A stretch of DNA of 64,000 nt. Source: Hydrolagus affinis. Its lineage: Eukaryota. Position 1 is the stretch's first letter, and each line of letters starts with the position of its first letter. The position numbers were made by a program, and so were the translations under genes. The stretch covers positions 1 through 64,000 of the forward strand of contig JAAILG010001522.1 of NCBI GenBank assembly GCA_012026655.1, in the 5' to 3' direction. This document shows, piece by piece, positions 13,092-25,174 of the stretch. The notes below the pieces were generated by a model. That model had not been told where the DNA came from and made no database searches. It was given only the letters and a program-made list of their open reading frames with translations.

Positions 13092-13834
13092 GGATGTCAT
13101 TTTGGGTTGTGTGGCTCTTAAACCTATGTACGAAATGTGCAGGTTGGGTGCAAAGGTACACACACAGATGGAATTACAGCCATATAAATATATAATTAAC
13201 AAAGATTCAGGGGAATCTGTCATCTTTTATATTGGTTGTTAACTACTGTACATAATTTAAGCAACATAATTTAAGCACCTTTAAGTGTTTTCACTTGGTT
13301 TACCCAACCTTTAGGTTGTTAACCCCACCTTCAAATTATATAATATAATAATAATTATTAAATTACATAATAATACAATTTTTAAAAACTTGCATTTGAT
13401 GTAGTGCCGTATCGCGCCAATGAGATGTCTCAAAGCACTTCACCGAATAAACTGTAAAATTGATTGACAGTATATTTTGTGGACAAAGTACAGTAGTTAT
13501 ATATATTTTTGGCCACAAATCATTTGGGTAAAAATTCTTCCATTCTGTTTTAAAAATTCATCTGATCATTTTTGAAATGTACTCATTTATTTTCTCCTTT
13601 CATAACCTACCCCTTTGCTTCCCTGATGAAGAATAAAACTTCCATCCTATTTCCAACCTACTGCCAGCACTGTGTTGTGTCCAGCCACTGGGAGTTGTGT
13701 GAGCAGTGTAGAGGTGAATATCCCCCAGATCTTTCCCTGCTTGAGGGAAAGTACCTGGGTTCTGGACAGAGCCTCCCAGTGATACCTCAGCTCAGAAAAA
13801 TCACAGATGAGTCCCTGCCCTGTCATTCTATGTC

Positions 13835-14112
13835 TCTCAATGGTTAGAGCACTTGCCTCAGGAGCGGGAGACCTTGGTTTGGTTCCCGGCAGGGCGTGAT
13901 TCTGTGCAAGTTTCCTTACTTCACACGCATCTGTTTACCTAGTGGTAAAGTCGATTGGTGGATCGCTTTACAGGGATTAATAATTTCTTAGAAAATAATA
14001 AATCAGTCAATTTAATCCAGGTCAATTCACTTTACAGTATATTCTGTGAAGCACTTTGAGACATCTCGAAGACATGATAAGGTGCGATATCAAAGGCGAG
14101 GATTATTATTAT
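13835..14112 (+). mobile_element. tRNA-derived SINE (longer subfamily, internally deleted)
   Basis: tggttagagcacttgcc head, ctgtttacct segment shared with the 12728 copy, and gtgaagcactttgagac...gattattatt tail. Confidence 0.8.
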
Positions 14113-15496
14113 TTATCTATTTAAGCTGTTTTTGTTTCCTAATCCAAAAGTTTAAAAATTTATACACTGGGAGAAGGCTGGATGCATAGTATGAACGTGT
14201 GTTAATGCAAGAAACCTTCCTATAGTCGTGTTGAAAAAAAATCTGGCTTTTGCTATAGGAGTCACTATAAAATATTTAGCAGTACAAATTTTAAAAATTT
14301 AAATTATGCAGCTTATGGCACAATACAAACTTTTCCTTTCTTGAAAGCTGGCAGCTCGGCAATTAACAACAACTTCGATTTATATAGTGCCCTCCACGCA
14401 GGACGGCGTCTCAGAGCAATTAAGTAATTCAGGAGACTGCTGCTTTCCTTTCTTCCCACTTTTTCTCTTCCAATTTTCTCCCCTTTCCACATCTCCTGAA
14501 CCTCAGCCATTCAGCCTATTGCAGAGATATTAGCCTCTTGGCGTTCTGTGCAAAGGTGACATTTTGCTTGGCTGGACTCAACTGATTATCTTTTGGGTTA
14601 GAATCAACATCGATCCTAACCAGTGCAGAACTGAGCCATGATAGGATTGTTCTCAGAGACCCTGTTTTTTTCGCTATTGATCCAGTCCCACCGTGAGGTA
14701 GATTTGGAGATTTAAGAAGCAGAATTGATGCTATTTTTACTATGTGTCTTGGAGACTTTGAGATGCTCAGAGGTGAGATGCAGCAGAATTGTTTTCACAG
14801 CACAACGTAAGCTTAAATGCTGGTATATTCCAGCGAGGATTTCTGTTTTCCATTGAGTTAGATGGTTCTGTGGAAAACAGGGCTGGGGGGAAGGGAGAAG
14901 AGCGAGATTTGTACAACAAATGATTAAGATTAATTGCTGTGTTTACGCTAACTCTATTTAGAGATGCTGCACCTGGAGTAAGTTAACACTGCACACTGTA
15001 GTTTGTACACTTTAAACCCTAGCGCGCCTATTTTTACATCGTATTCACCACACCAACAATTAACCCTTGCATGATGCCAACATACCAAAAGCAAGGGCGT
15101 AGAAGTGAGTTTTCTTGCTTGCCACTGTGGAAGTGATATCAGTGGTGACCTGATGACCCACAAATAGGTGTTTGCGCACTGATCTGCACAGCCAAGCCTT
15201 ACTCAGGTTCATAGGGCACCTAATATTATTAATGAACTTGCTTTACAAAATCTTTTAATGGGGATGTATTGTATTTGTATTGACAGATTACCCAGTGGGG
15301 CGGAAGGCTGCACCACCTTGCTGTTGGATGTGGGAGCTTGCACAAGGATTCCAATTCTTTGGCGGGCGACAAAGATTAGCAACTTCTCCACAGCAAGGGA
15401 GAGAGAATCAATGGCCAAACCATTTGGACTCCTCTCGTGCATCTCTCTGAATTCCATTGCTGAGGCCTGGGGTTAGAGTATTTCTCTGCTGGGGAC

Positions 15497-15520
15497 TGTG
15501 TGTGTGTGTGTGTGTGTGTG
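15497..15520. repeat. (TG)n microsatellite
   Basis: About 12 TG units seen directly. Confidence 0.95.
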
Positions 15521-15554
15521 CGATAGCCATGGATATAGAGGATCAGGAGGAAAA

Positions 15555-15905
15555 TGTCTCTCCACTCCTCTGCATCCCCCGCCTCTCTGACCTCCTTTCT
15601 CCCCAACACAGCACCTGTTGCCTTCGCTGCTCTGGGTCTGGTCTCCTCCTCGTCCCCTGAATCTTCCACTCTACTACTGTCTTCAGCCACTACGCCCCGA
15701 GGCTCTGGAACTCCCTTCCTCACTCCCTTTGCCTCGCCCCCTCTCTTCCTAGTTTCAGGACTCAGCTGAAGACCTTTCTTTTCGACCGCACCTTCAGTCA
15801 CCTTTTTCCCCCTCTCCCTGGCTTGGGCCCAGGATCCGTTATTGGGAAGCGCTCTGAGACGCTGTCCGGTGTGAAGTGCGCTATGTAAATCCAAGTTGTT
15901 GTAGT
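15555..15905 (+). mobile_element. L2 LINE 3' fragment (tail type A)
   Basis: Similar to 19440-19795 and 51225-51590, including cttcagccactacgccccgaggctctggaactcccttcc and the GTT-repeat tail. Confidence 0.88.
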
Positions 15906-18174
15906 TGGTGAAAAAGCAATGATTTTTGGCTGAGTCTTTAATACTGAAGAGTTACGCTGCAAAGTAGGAAATGGTCATTGACATGAGAGACAACGAAACA
16001 GAAGAGGAGATGTTATTAATATAGAATTATTTGAGTGCTTTGAGTCATCCTCTGGATGTCAAAGGCACTATATAACTATAAACTCTATTGTAGAATAGTG
16101 AAAATAACATTACTGAATGCTCCTAATCGAGCTGTATATTTGATACTTTAAGCAAAGTACATTGTGCTTGTTTCTGGCCCATTATTCACGTGGATTATCC
16201 CAGGGTGAGCCACGGTGGAACATTCATTGAAATAAATTGCATCTGAATGAAAATAATTTTGTTTTCATTCTTCCGTGTTTTTGAAGGCTTTTTTCTTCAT
16301 GAGCACTAAATCCCATTTAATGCACTAGATAATGCAAGCTCTTGAAGCTGACATCAGTAACCTTTATATGTCAAGAAAATTAGTTTTACAGTGGTTATGA
16401 CATTCAATCCGCTTTTGCGTTGGCATTGTTTGTTGGAAAGAGTGCTTTTACTACAAAAGATGTTAACATATAAATATTTTTACTGGGTACTTAAACTACC
16501 TGTTATATGCATTTTATATGTGATCAGTTGTCATTAATAGTGTATTATTTACAAGAATAAAAGGTTCTTTGCTCTCTGCACTACCAATTGTCACAATGAT
16601 TCTGTTCAGTCTGAACACTTTAGGCAAATTTAGATCATAGAGTTTGTAAATATTAGAGTAGATAGCACAGACATAGTGCTGAATGGCTTCTGTGATGTTT
16701 CGATACTTCCACAAAATACATGCCTTTGAAGGTAACCCTGAGAAAGATTGGCTAATTCCACAGTCACCAGGGGAAACAAAATACAACATTATTTTATTCT
16801 GGTGTAGCATCACTACTGAGCCCATGCATCTTGGAAGGGTTTGCACTGGAGAAAAAATGGAAACTCAGCTTGCCTCTGTTAAGATGCTTCAATTGAAGAT
16901 GAATACCAGGGTTTAATGTCTGTGTGTGTCACTCACCTCCCCCCCCACCCCCCCTTTGAGAGCCACTCCTTCCACTGCTGGACAGATACAGTATGTTTCA
17001 CTCTGCCTGCTGCCTATTCTATCCTACGTCCCATCTTATCCCATGAATTGCATTATACAGTATAATGTTATTCTATTTCAAAAGTGTCTTGTGTCACTTG
17101 GGATCCAGCTCACTTTAGAAATGGAGCTGCAGCATTCATTTGATATAGAGCTAGGAGATCAAAACCACACAGTAACCACCACTTAACTACCTCAAATGGT
17201 ATGCATTGCTTTTCTGGATGTGGTGTCATTCTGCTCAAAGTGATTGTTCATTCTACTGCCACCCGTTTTGTAAAATCCAATAAATAGCTCGCAAGCAATG
17301 ACAGCCCTAAAATATGGCGAAATTAACCTCACTGTGACATGAAGTAATCTGAAGAGTACTTCATGAATACCTGATGTGACACTGTGGTTTATTTTTCAGT
17401 GAAACACACTCTCAACCGTTGTTACGAATGCCTTACAAACTCTGCAAGCCCCCTTTTCAGTCTTTACATGGCTCCCCTCCTTCCAATGAATCAACTTTAG
17501 AGTCCTCACCTTCATCTTTAAATCACTTCACACCCCGGTAACTCTCTCTCACTCCTCTGCTCATTCCTTCTGTTTGGTGAACTCAGATTTGCTTAGTATC
17601 ACCTGTCTTTTCCTTGCCATCCTTGCTGCCAAGCCATCAGTCACTGCGCCCCATTCTCTGGTCCCCACTCTATCCGTCTTTAAATCCTATCTAAAAGCTT
17701 ACCTTTCCAACTGTGTTTACATACACCTTTTCCCTCCCCTCAGATCCCTGGATACTATTCTTTTGAAGCACTTTGAGACATTAACCTATATAAAGGGTGC
17801 TCCATAAATCCAAGGACAGTAGTTATTGTCATTGTTATTTCCTCCCAAATTGTACAGAGTTTGTATAGCAATGAAAGGGATAATTTGGCCCCACCAGTCC
17901 ATGCCATCATTATTATGTCATGTGAAATTTCTCTTTCCGAAGACATGATAAAGTGTTATATCAAATAGACAGATTATTGTTAATAATAATGAGGAATAAA
18001 TGTCCAAAAACAAGTTTGAAATGTCAGTGGTGCTTTCAAACTTGTAATAATTATTTTAAAAAATTATCTCAGAAGAGTTTTTTGGAGAAAACATTACATA
18101 ATAATAAAAGAGTAGACTTGATGGAATAGGAGGACAATAAAAAAATAGCGATATTGTTATTATGGTCATATTTG

Positions 18175-18930
18175 TGGCAGTCCTGTAGCTCAACAGTTAG
18201 AGCTCTTACAAGCAAGAGACCTGGGTTCTATTCCAGCCAGGGCAAAACCTTAGGCAAGTTTCCTCACTCCACAGGCCTAATAATAATCCCTAACAAAAAA
18301 TTGGTCATTTTCAAACCAAGACTGCTGCGCTCAATTGGCTGCTGTAATTTGCCCACAAATATACAGTCAATTCACTTTACAGTACAGGTAAACCCCGCTT
18401 AACATCGTGGTTTGGATCTTATAAAGTGTGACTTGAAATGAAACAACGTTAAGCGAATACATTTTTCCGTAAGAATGAATTCAATAAGAATGAATGTTAA
18501 AACTGGAGTTGGGTTCTTTCGGACATTTTTCGTCAACATTTTCTAAACAAAAAACCCTAATACTCACTCCCTGACTGCCTGCCTGGCTAACTCACTCACT
18601 CCCTGACTGCCTGCCTGGCTTACTCACTCACTGCTAGTCTCACTCACTCGCTGACGGTCTCACTCGCGGCCGCCTGGCTCTCTCTCTCGCTGCCGGCGTG
18701 GCTCACTCCCAGCTCCTAGCGCTGTCGTGCCCCCTTTCCACACGCTGGCGATTGACGTAATAGTGAACATCACAATGTTAAATGACTGTATGTTCCCAAT
18801 GTATCAGCAACGTAATAATGAAATAATGTTAAGCGAGGCAACATTAAGCTGGATCTACCTATATTCTGTGAAGAGTTTGGAGATGTCAAGAGGACGTGCA
18901 AAGCACTATATCAAATGCAATAATTATTAT
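18175..18930 (+). mobile_element. tRNA-derived SINE split by a MITE insertion
   Basis: The SINE runs to ...ttcactttacagta (18384) and resumes at tattctgtgaag (18862), ending in taattattat. Confidence 0.85.
18385..18861. mobile_element. Tc1/mariner (Tigger-like) MITE
   Basis: Imperfect TIRs CAGGTAAACCCCGCTTAAC / ATTAAGCTGGATCTACCTA, flanked by TA. Repeated gttaagcga subterminal motifs and an internal tandem actcactccctgactgcctgcctggct. Confidence 0.8.
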
Positions 18931-19154
18931 AAATGCATTGAGGGAGGCTGTGGAAGTCATTGGGTTTATTAGATTTGTTGCGTGAAAGTATTATGTGCCT
19001 TGTGTACCATACGTAATGAGGAAATTGCAGGTGCCATTAACCATGTAATTAACAATCAATAAGAAGGATTTAAGTATTGTGTCAACAAACAAACATTTTC
19101 TTTGATGCTGTTGTTAAATGTATAGTGAATGGTATCTATAATTTCCTCTGTACA

Positions 19155-19795
19155 CGTTTGAGCTCTGCCGTCTCCGGCAATACCTTGCCACAAAAGCCAC
19201 TGAAACTCTGGTCCATGCCTTCGTCACCTCTCGGCTGGACTATGTCAATGCCCTCCTCGCTGGTCTCCCCTCCACCACAATCCATAAACTCCAACTCATT
19301 CAGAGCTCTGCTGCCCACATTCTCACTCACCCACACCAAACTTCGTTCCCCCTTACCCCAGTCCTTGCCAGAATTCACTGGCTCCCTGTCCCGGAGAGGA
19401 TCGATTTCAAGATCCTCACTCTTGTCTTCAAATCTCTCCACACCTCTGCACCCCCCCTACCTCTCCGACCTCCTTTCTCCAAAAACAGCACTCGTTGCCT
19501 TCACTCCTCCGGTTCTGGTCTCCTCCTTGTACCCCAAATACTCCGCTCCACAACTATGGCCGTGCCTTCAGCCACTACGCCCCGAAGCTCTGGAATTCCC
19601 TTCCTCACTCCCTTAGCCTCGCTCCTTCTCTTCCTAGTTTCAGGTCTTGACTAAAGACCTTTCTGTTCGACCGCTCCTTCGGTCACCTTTTACCCCCTAC
19701 TCCGACTCGGTCCCGGGATCCATTATTGTGAAGCGCTCGGAGACGCCATCTGGCGTGGAGGGCACTATATAAATCAAAGTTGTTGTTGTTTGTTG
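19155..19795 (+). mobile_element. L2 LINE 3' fragment (ORF2 C-terminus, tail type A)
   Basis: Encodes, with frameshifts, [19 protein letters not shown]...HWLPV, which are L2 hallmarks. Ends in (GTT)n. Confidence 0.92.
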
Positions 19796-19812
19796 AGGCA
19801 TAGTGTATAATA

Positions 19813-19917
19813 CATGGTGACCAAAAAAGTTGTGATACTTTTGTTAAATAAGTCTTTAAGAAATTATATATTTTAGATAAAATGGTAGCTGAAAAATACC
19901 GCTTGTTGGTCACCCTG
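19813..19917. mobile_element. 105-bp Tc1/mariner MITE
   Basis: TA|CATGGTGACCAAAAAAG ... CTTGTTGGTCACCCTG|TA: terminal inverted repeats with TA on both sides. Confidence 0.85.
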
Positions 19918-19929
19918 TACCTATCAATC

Positions 19930-20092
19930 AATAATAATTACATTTATATAGTGCCTTTCACATCGGGAGGACGTCCTAGGGATCAGAGCAGGGCGGGAGG
20001 AGTCGGGGGAAGGAGAGTAGGAAAATTTACTGTATATTTGAGGGCGAAATATGGCAGCCAAATTACGCACAGCAGTGTCCCACAAACAGACG
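19930..20092 (-). mobile_element. Chimeric SINE fragment (shared SINE body plus L2 tail type B)
   Basis: Has the same junction as 34090-34266; see findings. Confidence 0.7.
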
Positions 20093-20099
20093 CGGAAGT

Positions 20100-20765
20100 G
20101 GGGCCAGGAGAGAAAGGGGGAAAAGAGGGTAAGGGAGGAGAGGGAGGGAAAGGTGGTGTGGGGTAAAGTCAGGGAGGAAGAGCATCCAAACTGCTTACAC
20201 AACTTGCATAAGAAAGTTAACTGTAGAAAGTTAGCTCTCATCCATAATATAATTGTGACAGTAGTGGTCCTAGAATCAAGAAAGATAGAGTTGGGTATTA
20301 TCTGCATACTTATGGAAATTGACCCCTTGTCTGCGGATGATATCATCAAGGGGGAGCATATAGATGTTCAAAAGGAGAGGGCCAAGGACAGAGCCCTGGG
20401 GGAATGCCAGATGTGAAAGTGCAAAGGCTAGAGGAGAAGCCATTAGTGGCAACAAAGTGGAGACGGTGGGAGAGGTATAATTTGAACCAGGCAAGGGCAC
20501 TTTGGTGAAGATTGAGCTGCAAGAAGAGGCAGTGTAGGGGTGGTCAACAGTGTCAAAGGTGGCAGAGAGGTCGAGAAGGACAAGGAGGCAGAGAGAGTCC
20601 TGATTGCAGATGTTTAGAGTGTCATTAGAGACTTTGACCAGAGGTGTGTAGGTGTGAATGGGTAGAGGCTGGGTCATGAGGGAGAGGTGATGAGGGGGTA
20701 GAGATGGACGGGTAGAGGTAGCTGAACGGATCCCCTCGATTTTGGATTTGAGGAGGTCCAGCATC
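20100..20765 (-). mobile_element. L2 LINE reverse-transcriptase fragment
   Basis: ORF 20276-20764 has [16 protein letters not shown] and [18 protein letters not shown]...[10 protein letters not shown], which are RT motifs. Confidence 0.93.
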
Positions 20766-22152
20766 TCCTCGCAGTTGGAATTGGTCTGGAATTGGACAGG
20801 GACTGTCTATCCCTGTCTAAAAATGGATCTTTTGCTTGTTTATGATTTTGTTTTAAAAAAAAATTTATTTCAATGATGATAAAACCAGCTTAGTATGTGA
20901 CCTATTTCTGTTACTATGAAATATAATCCGATCGAAATTCTATGAAAAGCTTTCATAGTTGTTTAATATTATCAGCACTTAGAAGACTGAGGTAGAGAAA
21001 ATGCCATTGTTTGTGGGTTTATTGTTCAAGCTTGCAATGGGTGAAAATGCACCTTGCATCTTTGCTGCCAGACACTGCAGAGAGTGAAGGAGAAATAAGG
21101 GTACTCAGGCTCTCACTTGATTTAGACAGCTCCTCACAAAAGCATCAGATTGTGGTTAACAGGCCATAAAACTAGTGAAGCATTCAATGATTGTCATTTG
21201 ACAGAGATATGATGTGTTTGAGACCCAACCTTAAGCGCAAAAAGGAAAAAAATCTTATTTAAAAATGCCATTGGCCATATTTAAATATATGCCTTTACAT
21301 TCGCAATACATACTTTTGGGGAAACTCCATTTGAAGTGTATTTCACCACTTAATTGATATTTTATGTCAAGTTGAGTCATTTAAATCTGTTTCAGATTGA
21401 TGATATTTTAATCTTAACAACAAGTTGAACTTTTTTCCCCCCAACAAATCTTTTGTACCTCGTTGTTTATAAAGTACAATTGATATTCTGCAACTTTGCA
21501 TAAAATTAGATGGAACAGTTTTATTTTACAGTCTCAAAGACCTATTCTTTGCGCTCAATATTCTTTACAGTTCAGTAACCTATATACCAGTTTTCATTGC
21601 TGACAGTTTCCTTACTTTGAACAATCATCTAAATATCTCTTTGACCGTGACAATGGTAATAATTTAAATTAAATCTAAATTCTCCCTTTGCTTAGTGTCC
21701 AGCACGCACATTCATTGTGAGACATTATTTTGAGACAATATTTTCTATCATGTCAATAACTTTATAAATATAAGTTTGCATTACTGATCTTCAAACATTA
21801 CCTTGGGATGTCCTCCCAACGTGAAAGGCGCTTTACAAATGTAATGTAATATTCCAGTCTTTCTCCTCCCAAGGACTAAACACTTAGTATTTTGTGCTTG
21901 AAGTTAGCAAATTGCCATTGCAATATACTTTTGCGATATATACAATCCAATACAATTTACATTTATATTATGCCTTTCGTATCAAGAGAACATCTCAAAG
22001 CGCTTCACACAACTGACTGGGCAGCCGATCTGCAAATGGTCAGATCTAAATGGATATGTAAGGAAAGTGCTTTTCTGTGACAATTTAAATAAATTAAAAT
22101 ATCATCTCAAGTTCTTGCTTAATTTTACTTTTATTTTATTTTATTTTTGTAG

Positions 22153-22236
22153 CCCTCAACGATCTCTGCCAAACATGAATGATGCAGTGGTTTCCCATTC
22201 AGTCTTATCCTCTGGAGCACCCACTCCTACTAAAAG
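22153..22236 (+). CDS. DTNB: Beta-dystrobrevin internal exon, 84 bp, phase 2-2 (PQRSLPNMNDAVVSHSVLSSGAPTPTK-R)
   Basis: T-rich acceptor ttttattttatttttgtag at 22152 and donor AG|gtatgt at 22237. The translation resembles human DTNB [26 protein letters not shown] (recalled). It joins the next exon in frame. Confidence 0.93.
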
Positions 22237-23179
22237 GTATGTATGAGGAGGATAATCTTTTGATCATCCTTCTCTGCAACATATTTTTATCAAAAAGTCT
22301 CAATGCTATCAGGAAACACGAGCAACAGTATTTCTTCCAGTTGGCTACAATCGGTTACATTTTTTCAAATGCCTCATCGAGTCCAACCTTATGTCTTAAC
22401 TTTGTGCTTATTTCTAAAGTACAGAAATCTTGATGTAGCATTTACGTATCATAAATAAAATCCTTCATCAATTGAGAGGTTAGAATTGGTTGAACCTTTT
22501 TGCCGGGACTGGTCAGCAAGTTAATGCAGAAAGAAAATTTCAAATTACTCTGCATACAAGGACTTGGGACATCCACCTGACGTGAAAAGTACTCTACGAA
22601 TGTAATTTTGTTGGTGTTTGTCAATCTACACAATCGGATTTGTCTTGTCTGTATTTTAACAGCTTCTTTGGCTGTACTAATTTGAGTATCTTTAATGTCA
22701 AGTATCCTCTTGACATGAGAGTTGTTATATCAATATAAATAGTATTGTATTGTAATTAGCACCCGATTTTATGGCTAAATATTACTCTCCAGATTGTTTG
22801 ACATTGAGAAAGCTAAGCTTATAATGTAGTGTGTCACCACCAAGGGTAAAAAGCAGCAGAGAAATTAAGTGTAGAGAAGTGGTTAGATGACAATGCATTT
22901 CTCTTTGAAAGTCATGGGTTTGATGGACAAGGTGAAGACGGAGAAATCAGGAGATCTTAAGATTCTATGAAAAAAAATTAGTTTGAATAGCAACGATGCT
23001 CTGAGATTTGATGAACTGGTTGGAAATCTTCTTGGTAGAAATAGTGGAGGATAGAGTGATCAAATCAAATATAGAGTGATGGAGGAAGACTGAGATTAAA
23101 TAAAAAACCTCTCAGGACATATTTTTGTCTCTGCTCTAGTGGTGGACTCTCTGTGGAGGGAAAGAGTCTGTAGTTGAGT

Positions 23180-23772
23180 TGGGGAGACTATGCAAATGCC
23201 CTGCTTGTCGGCCTTCCCAATTCCTCCCTCCACAGCTTGCAGATAATCCAGAACTCTGCTACTCGTGTCCTCCACCACTCTAAGCTTTGTGACCCCCATC
23301 TCCTCCATCCTTGCCCGACTCCATTGGCTCCCCATCATCCAAAGGATCCAATTCAAGATCCTGGTCCTCACATTCAAAGCCCTCAACAGCCTCGCCCCAC
23401 CCTACATCTGTGACCTCCTAACCCCCTACCTATCTGCCCGTCCCCTCCCATCCGCTCAGCAGGCTCTGGCCTGCTCCATGTTCCCCGTCCCACCCACTTC
23501 AGCATTGGCGGGCGAGCCTTTCGCCACTCTTCTCCCAATCTCTGGAAAGCTATTGTGCAGTCCTTCCACCTTGCCCTCTTCTTGGCCTCCTTCAAGTCCT
23601 GCCTCAAAACCCTCCTCTTCGACTGTCTCCTATCAGTCACTTCAAACCCCCCCTGTTTCCCTCCACCCTCCCTGTCCCCAGCTCACGTCTGAAATAATGA
23701 CTGTCCAGGCCTCGGGACGTCCTCCTGATGTGAAAGGTGCTCTACAAATGTAATTTTGCTGGTGTTGTTGTT
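23180..23772 (+). mobile_element. L2 LINE 3' fragment (tail type B)
   Basis: DYANALLVGLP...LQIIQNSA and LARLHWLPIIQRIQFKIL. Tail gggacgtcctcctgatgtgaaaggtgctctacaaatgtaattttg. Confidence 0.92.
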
Positions 23773-24103
23773 GAAGAAACTCCTTGAAGGAATTAAAAGA
23801 ATTATTCCATTCAAGTGTACAGATAAGATCATGGTTAGTAACCTTGAAAGTCATGCACATTGAAGCTCTGAGATTGAAAGGAACACATTGAAGGGAGGTG
23901 ATGAATGTAAAGTAGAGCAAACAAAAGATGATTGGATGAAACAATCGATGTGGGGAATTCAGGGGATTTCAAGCTACATTAGATAAAATTCAGATTTGGC
24001 GTACCTAACATCATTTTGCTCTATTCCATGCTTTATCAGCACAGCAACTGCCTGCATCATTTGGATATCTGCATTTACACAGTGCACTCACACATAAAAC
24101 TAC

Positions 24104-24348
24104 GTGGAGCCCTACAGCTCAGTGGTTAGGGCACTCGCCTTACAAGCGAGAAACCTGGGTTCAATTCCAAGCAAGATGAAGCGTTGGGCAAGCTTCCGTA
24201 CAAGAATAAATTGGTTATTTCAATCCACAACTGTTTGTGGGACACTGCTGCATGGAATTGGCTGCCTCATTTCGCCCACAAATATACAGTCAATTCACTT
24301 TACAGTATATTCTGTGAAGTGCTTTGAGACGTCTGACAGACGTGAGGA
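24104..24348 (+). mobile_element. tRNA-derived SINE
   Basis: gtggagccctacagctcagtggttagggcactcgccttacaagcgagaaacctgggttcaattcc carries the A and B boxes, followed by the shared body. Confidence 0.88.
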
Positions 24349-24491
24349 ATAATAACAAGAAAATTGCATTTATAGAGCGGCTTTCACGTTGGGAGGACAT
24401 CCCTAGGTGCTGAGAAAGCAACTATTTCACTATATGAAAATGCAAGGATTATTATTATTATATTATTCCATTTTCAGCTATACCATTGCTC

Positions 24492-24647
24492 TAGATTTTT
24501 GAAAAATAGAGGGATTAGGGGATATGAGGATAGGGCAGGTAATTGGAGTTAGGTGAGCAGATCAGCCATGATCTTATTGAATGGCGGAGCAGGCTCGAAG
24601 AGCCAAATGGCCTACTCCTGCTTCTAATTCTTATGTTCTTATGTTCT
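24492..24647 (+). mobile_element. CR1 3' end
   Basis: Highly similar to 26915-27075 and ends in (TTCTTATG)n. Confidence 0.88.
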
Positions 24648-25174
24648 CCTTTTCATAATTGAACAGAACCATCTATCTGATCAGCTATTTTGAATCAATA
24701 GAATTCAGATTGAGAACGAGAGGTTAGCAGTAACTTCATGGGCTTCAAGTTGGGGTGAAGTGCTGAGGTCATATACACGGCATGTTTGCTGTACAAGGCC
24801 AATGCAAAGCAGCTTCTACAACAAACGGCACACTAGGATCTTATATGCTATTTGCTGACACAACCTAACTTGCTGTGGCATTTCCAATTCTAATTGCGTA
24901 ATGAAAAGATGGCTGGTGCTAGAAATCATTGTATGATAAGACCTGACTGGCTACCTCAGTCAGGATCAGATGCCTGTCTACAAACCATGATATTGCTGCC
25001 AAGTCAAGTAACTACCCAAGCCTATCACAGTAGGAAATTGCTGCAAACTAGACCAACTATTTCATTCTGCTGATATTATGAAGTTACATTTCATAAATGT
25101 GTGTTCAAGTATTGTTAGGCTATAGTGAAGAGTCATTTTTCTAACTTTCCTGTAAGACAAGCTGTTCAGAAAGA

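Noticed and set aside
14945-14985. Possible microexon tttag|AGATGCTGCACCTGGA|gtaagt
   Set aside because: At 16 nt (14 nt with the alternative AG) it breaks the frame, and the pyrimidine tract is very short. It could only be a poison exon, for which I have no evidence.
21858-21880. tctcctcccaaggac encodes SPPKD, like the start of a DTNA cassette exon
   Set aside because: It is followed immediately by TAA and lies upstream of the PQRSL exon, which is the wrong order. Most likely coincidence.
1-22152. Search for the preceding DTNB exon (SPAKKL...LAHIV) and a DTW-type 9-nt microexon
   Set aside because: Not found by eye. The preceding exon is probably upstream of the window. The next exon (EILQEIQRL...) was likewise not found after 61498.
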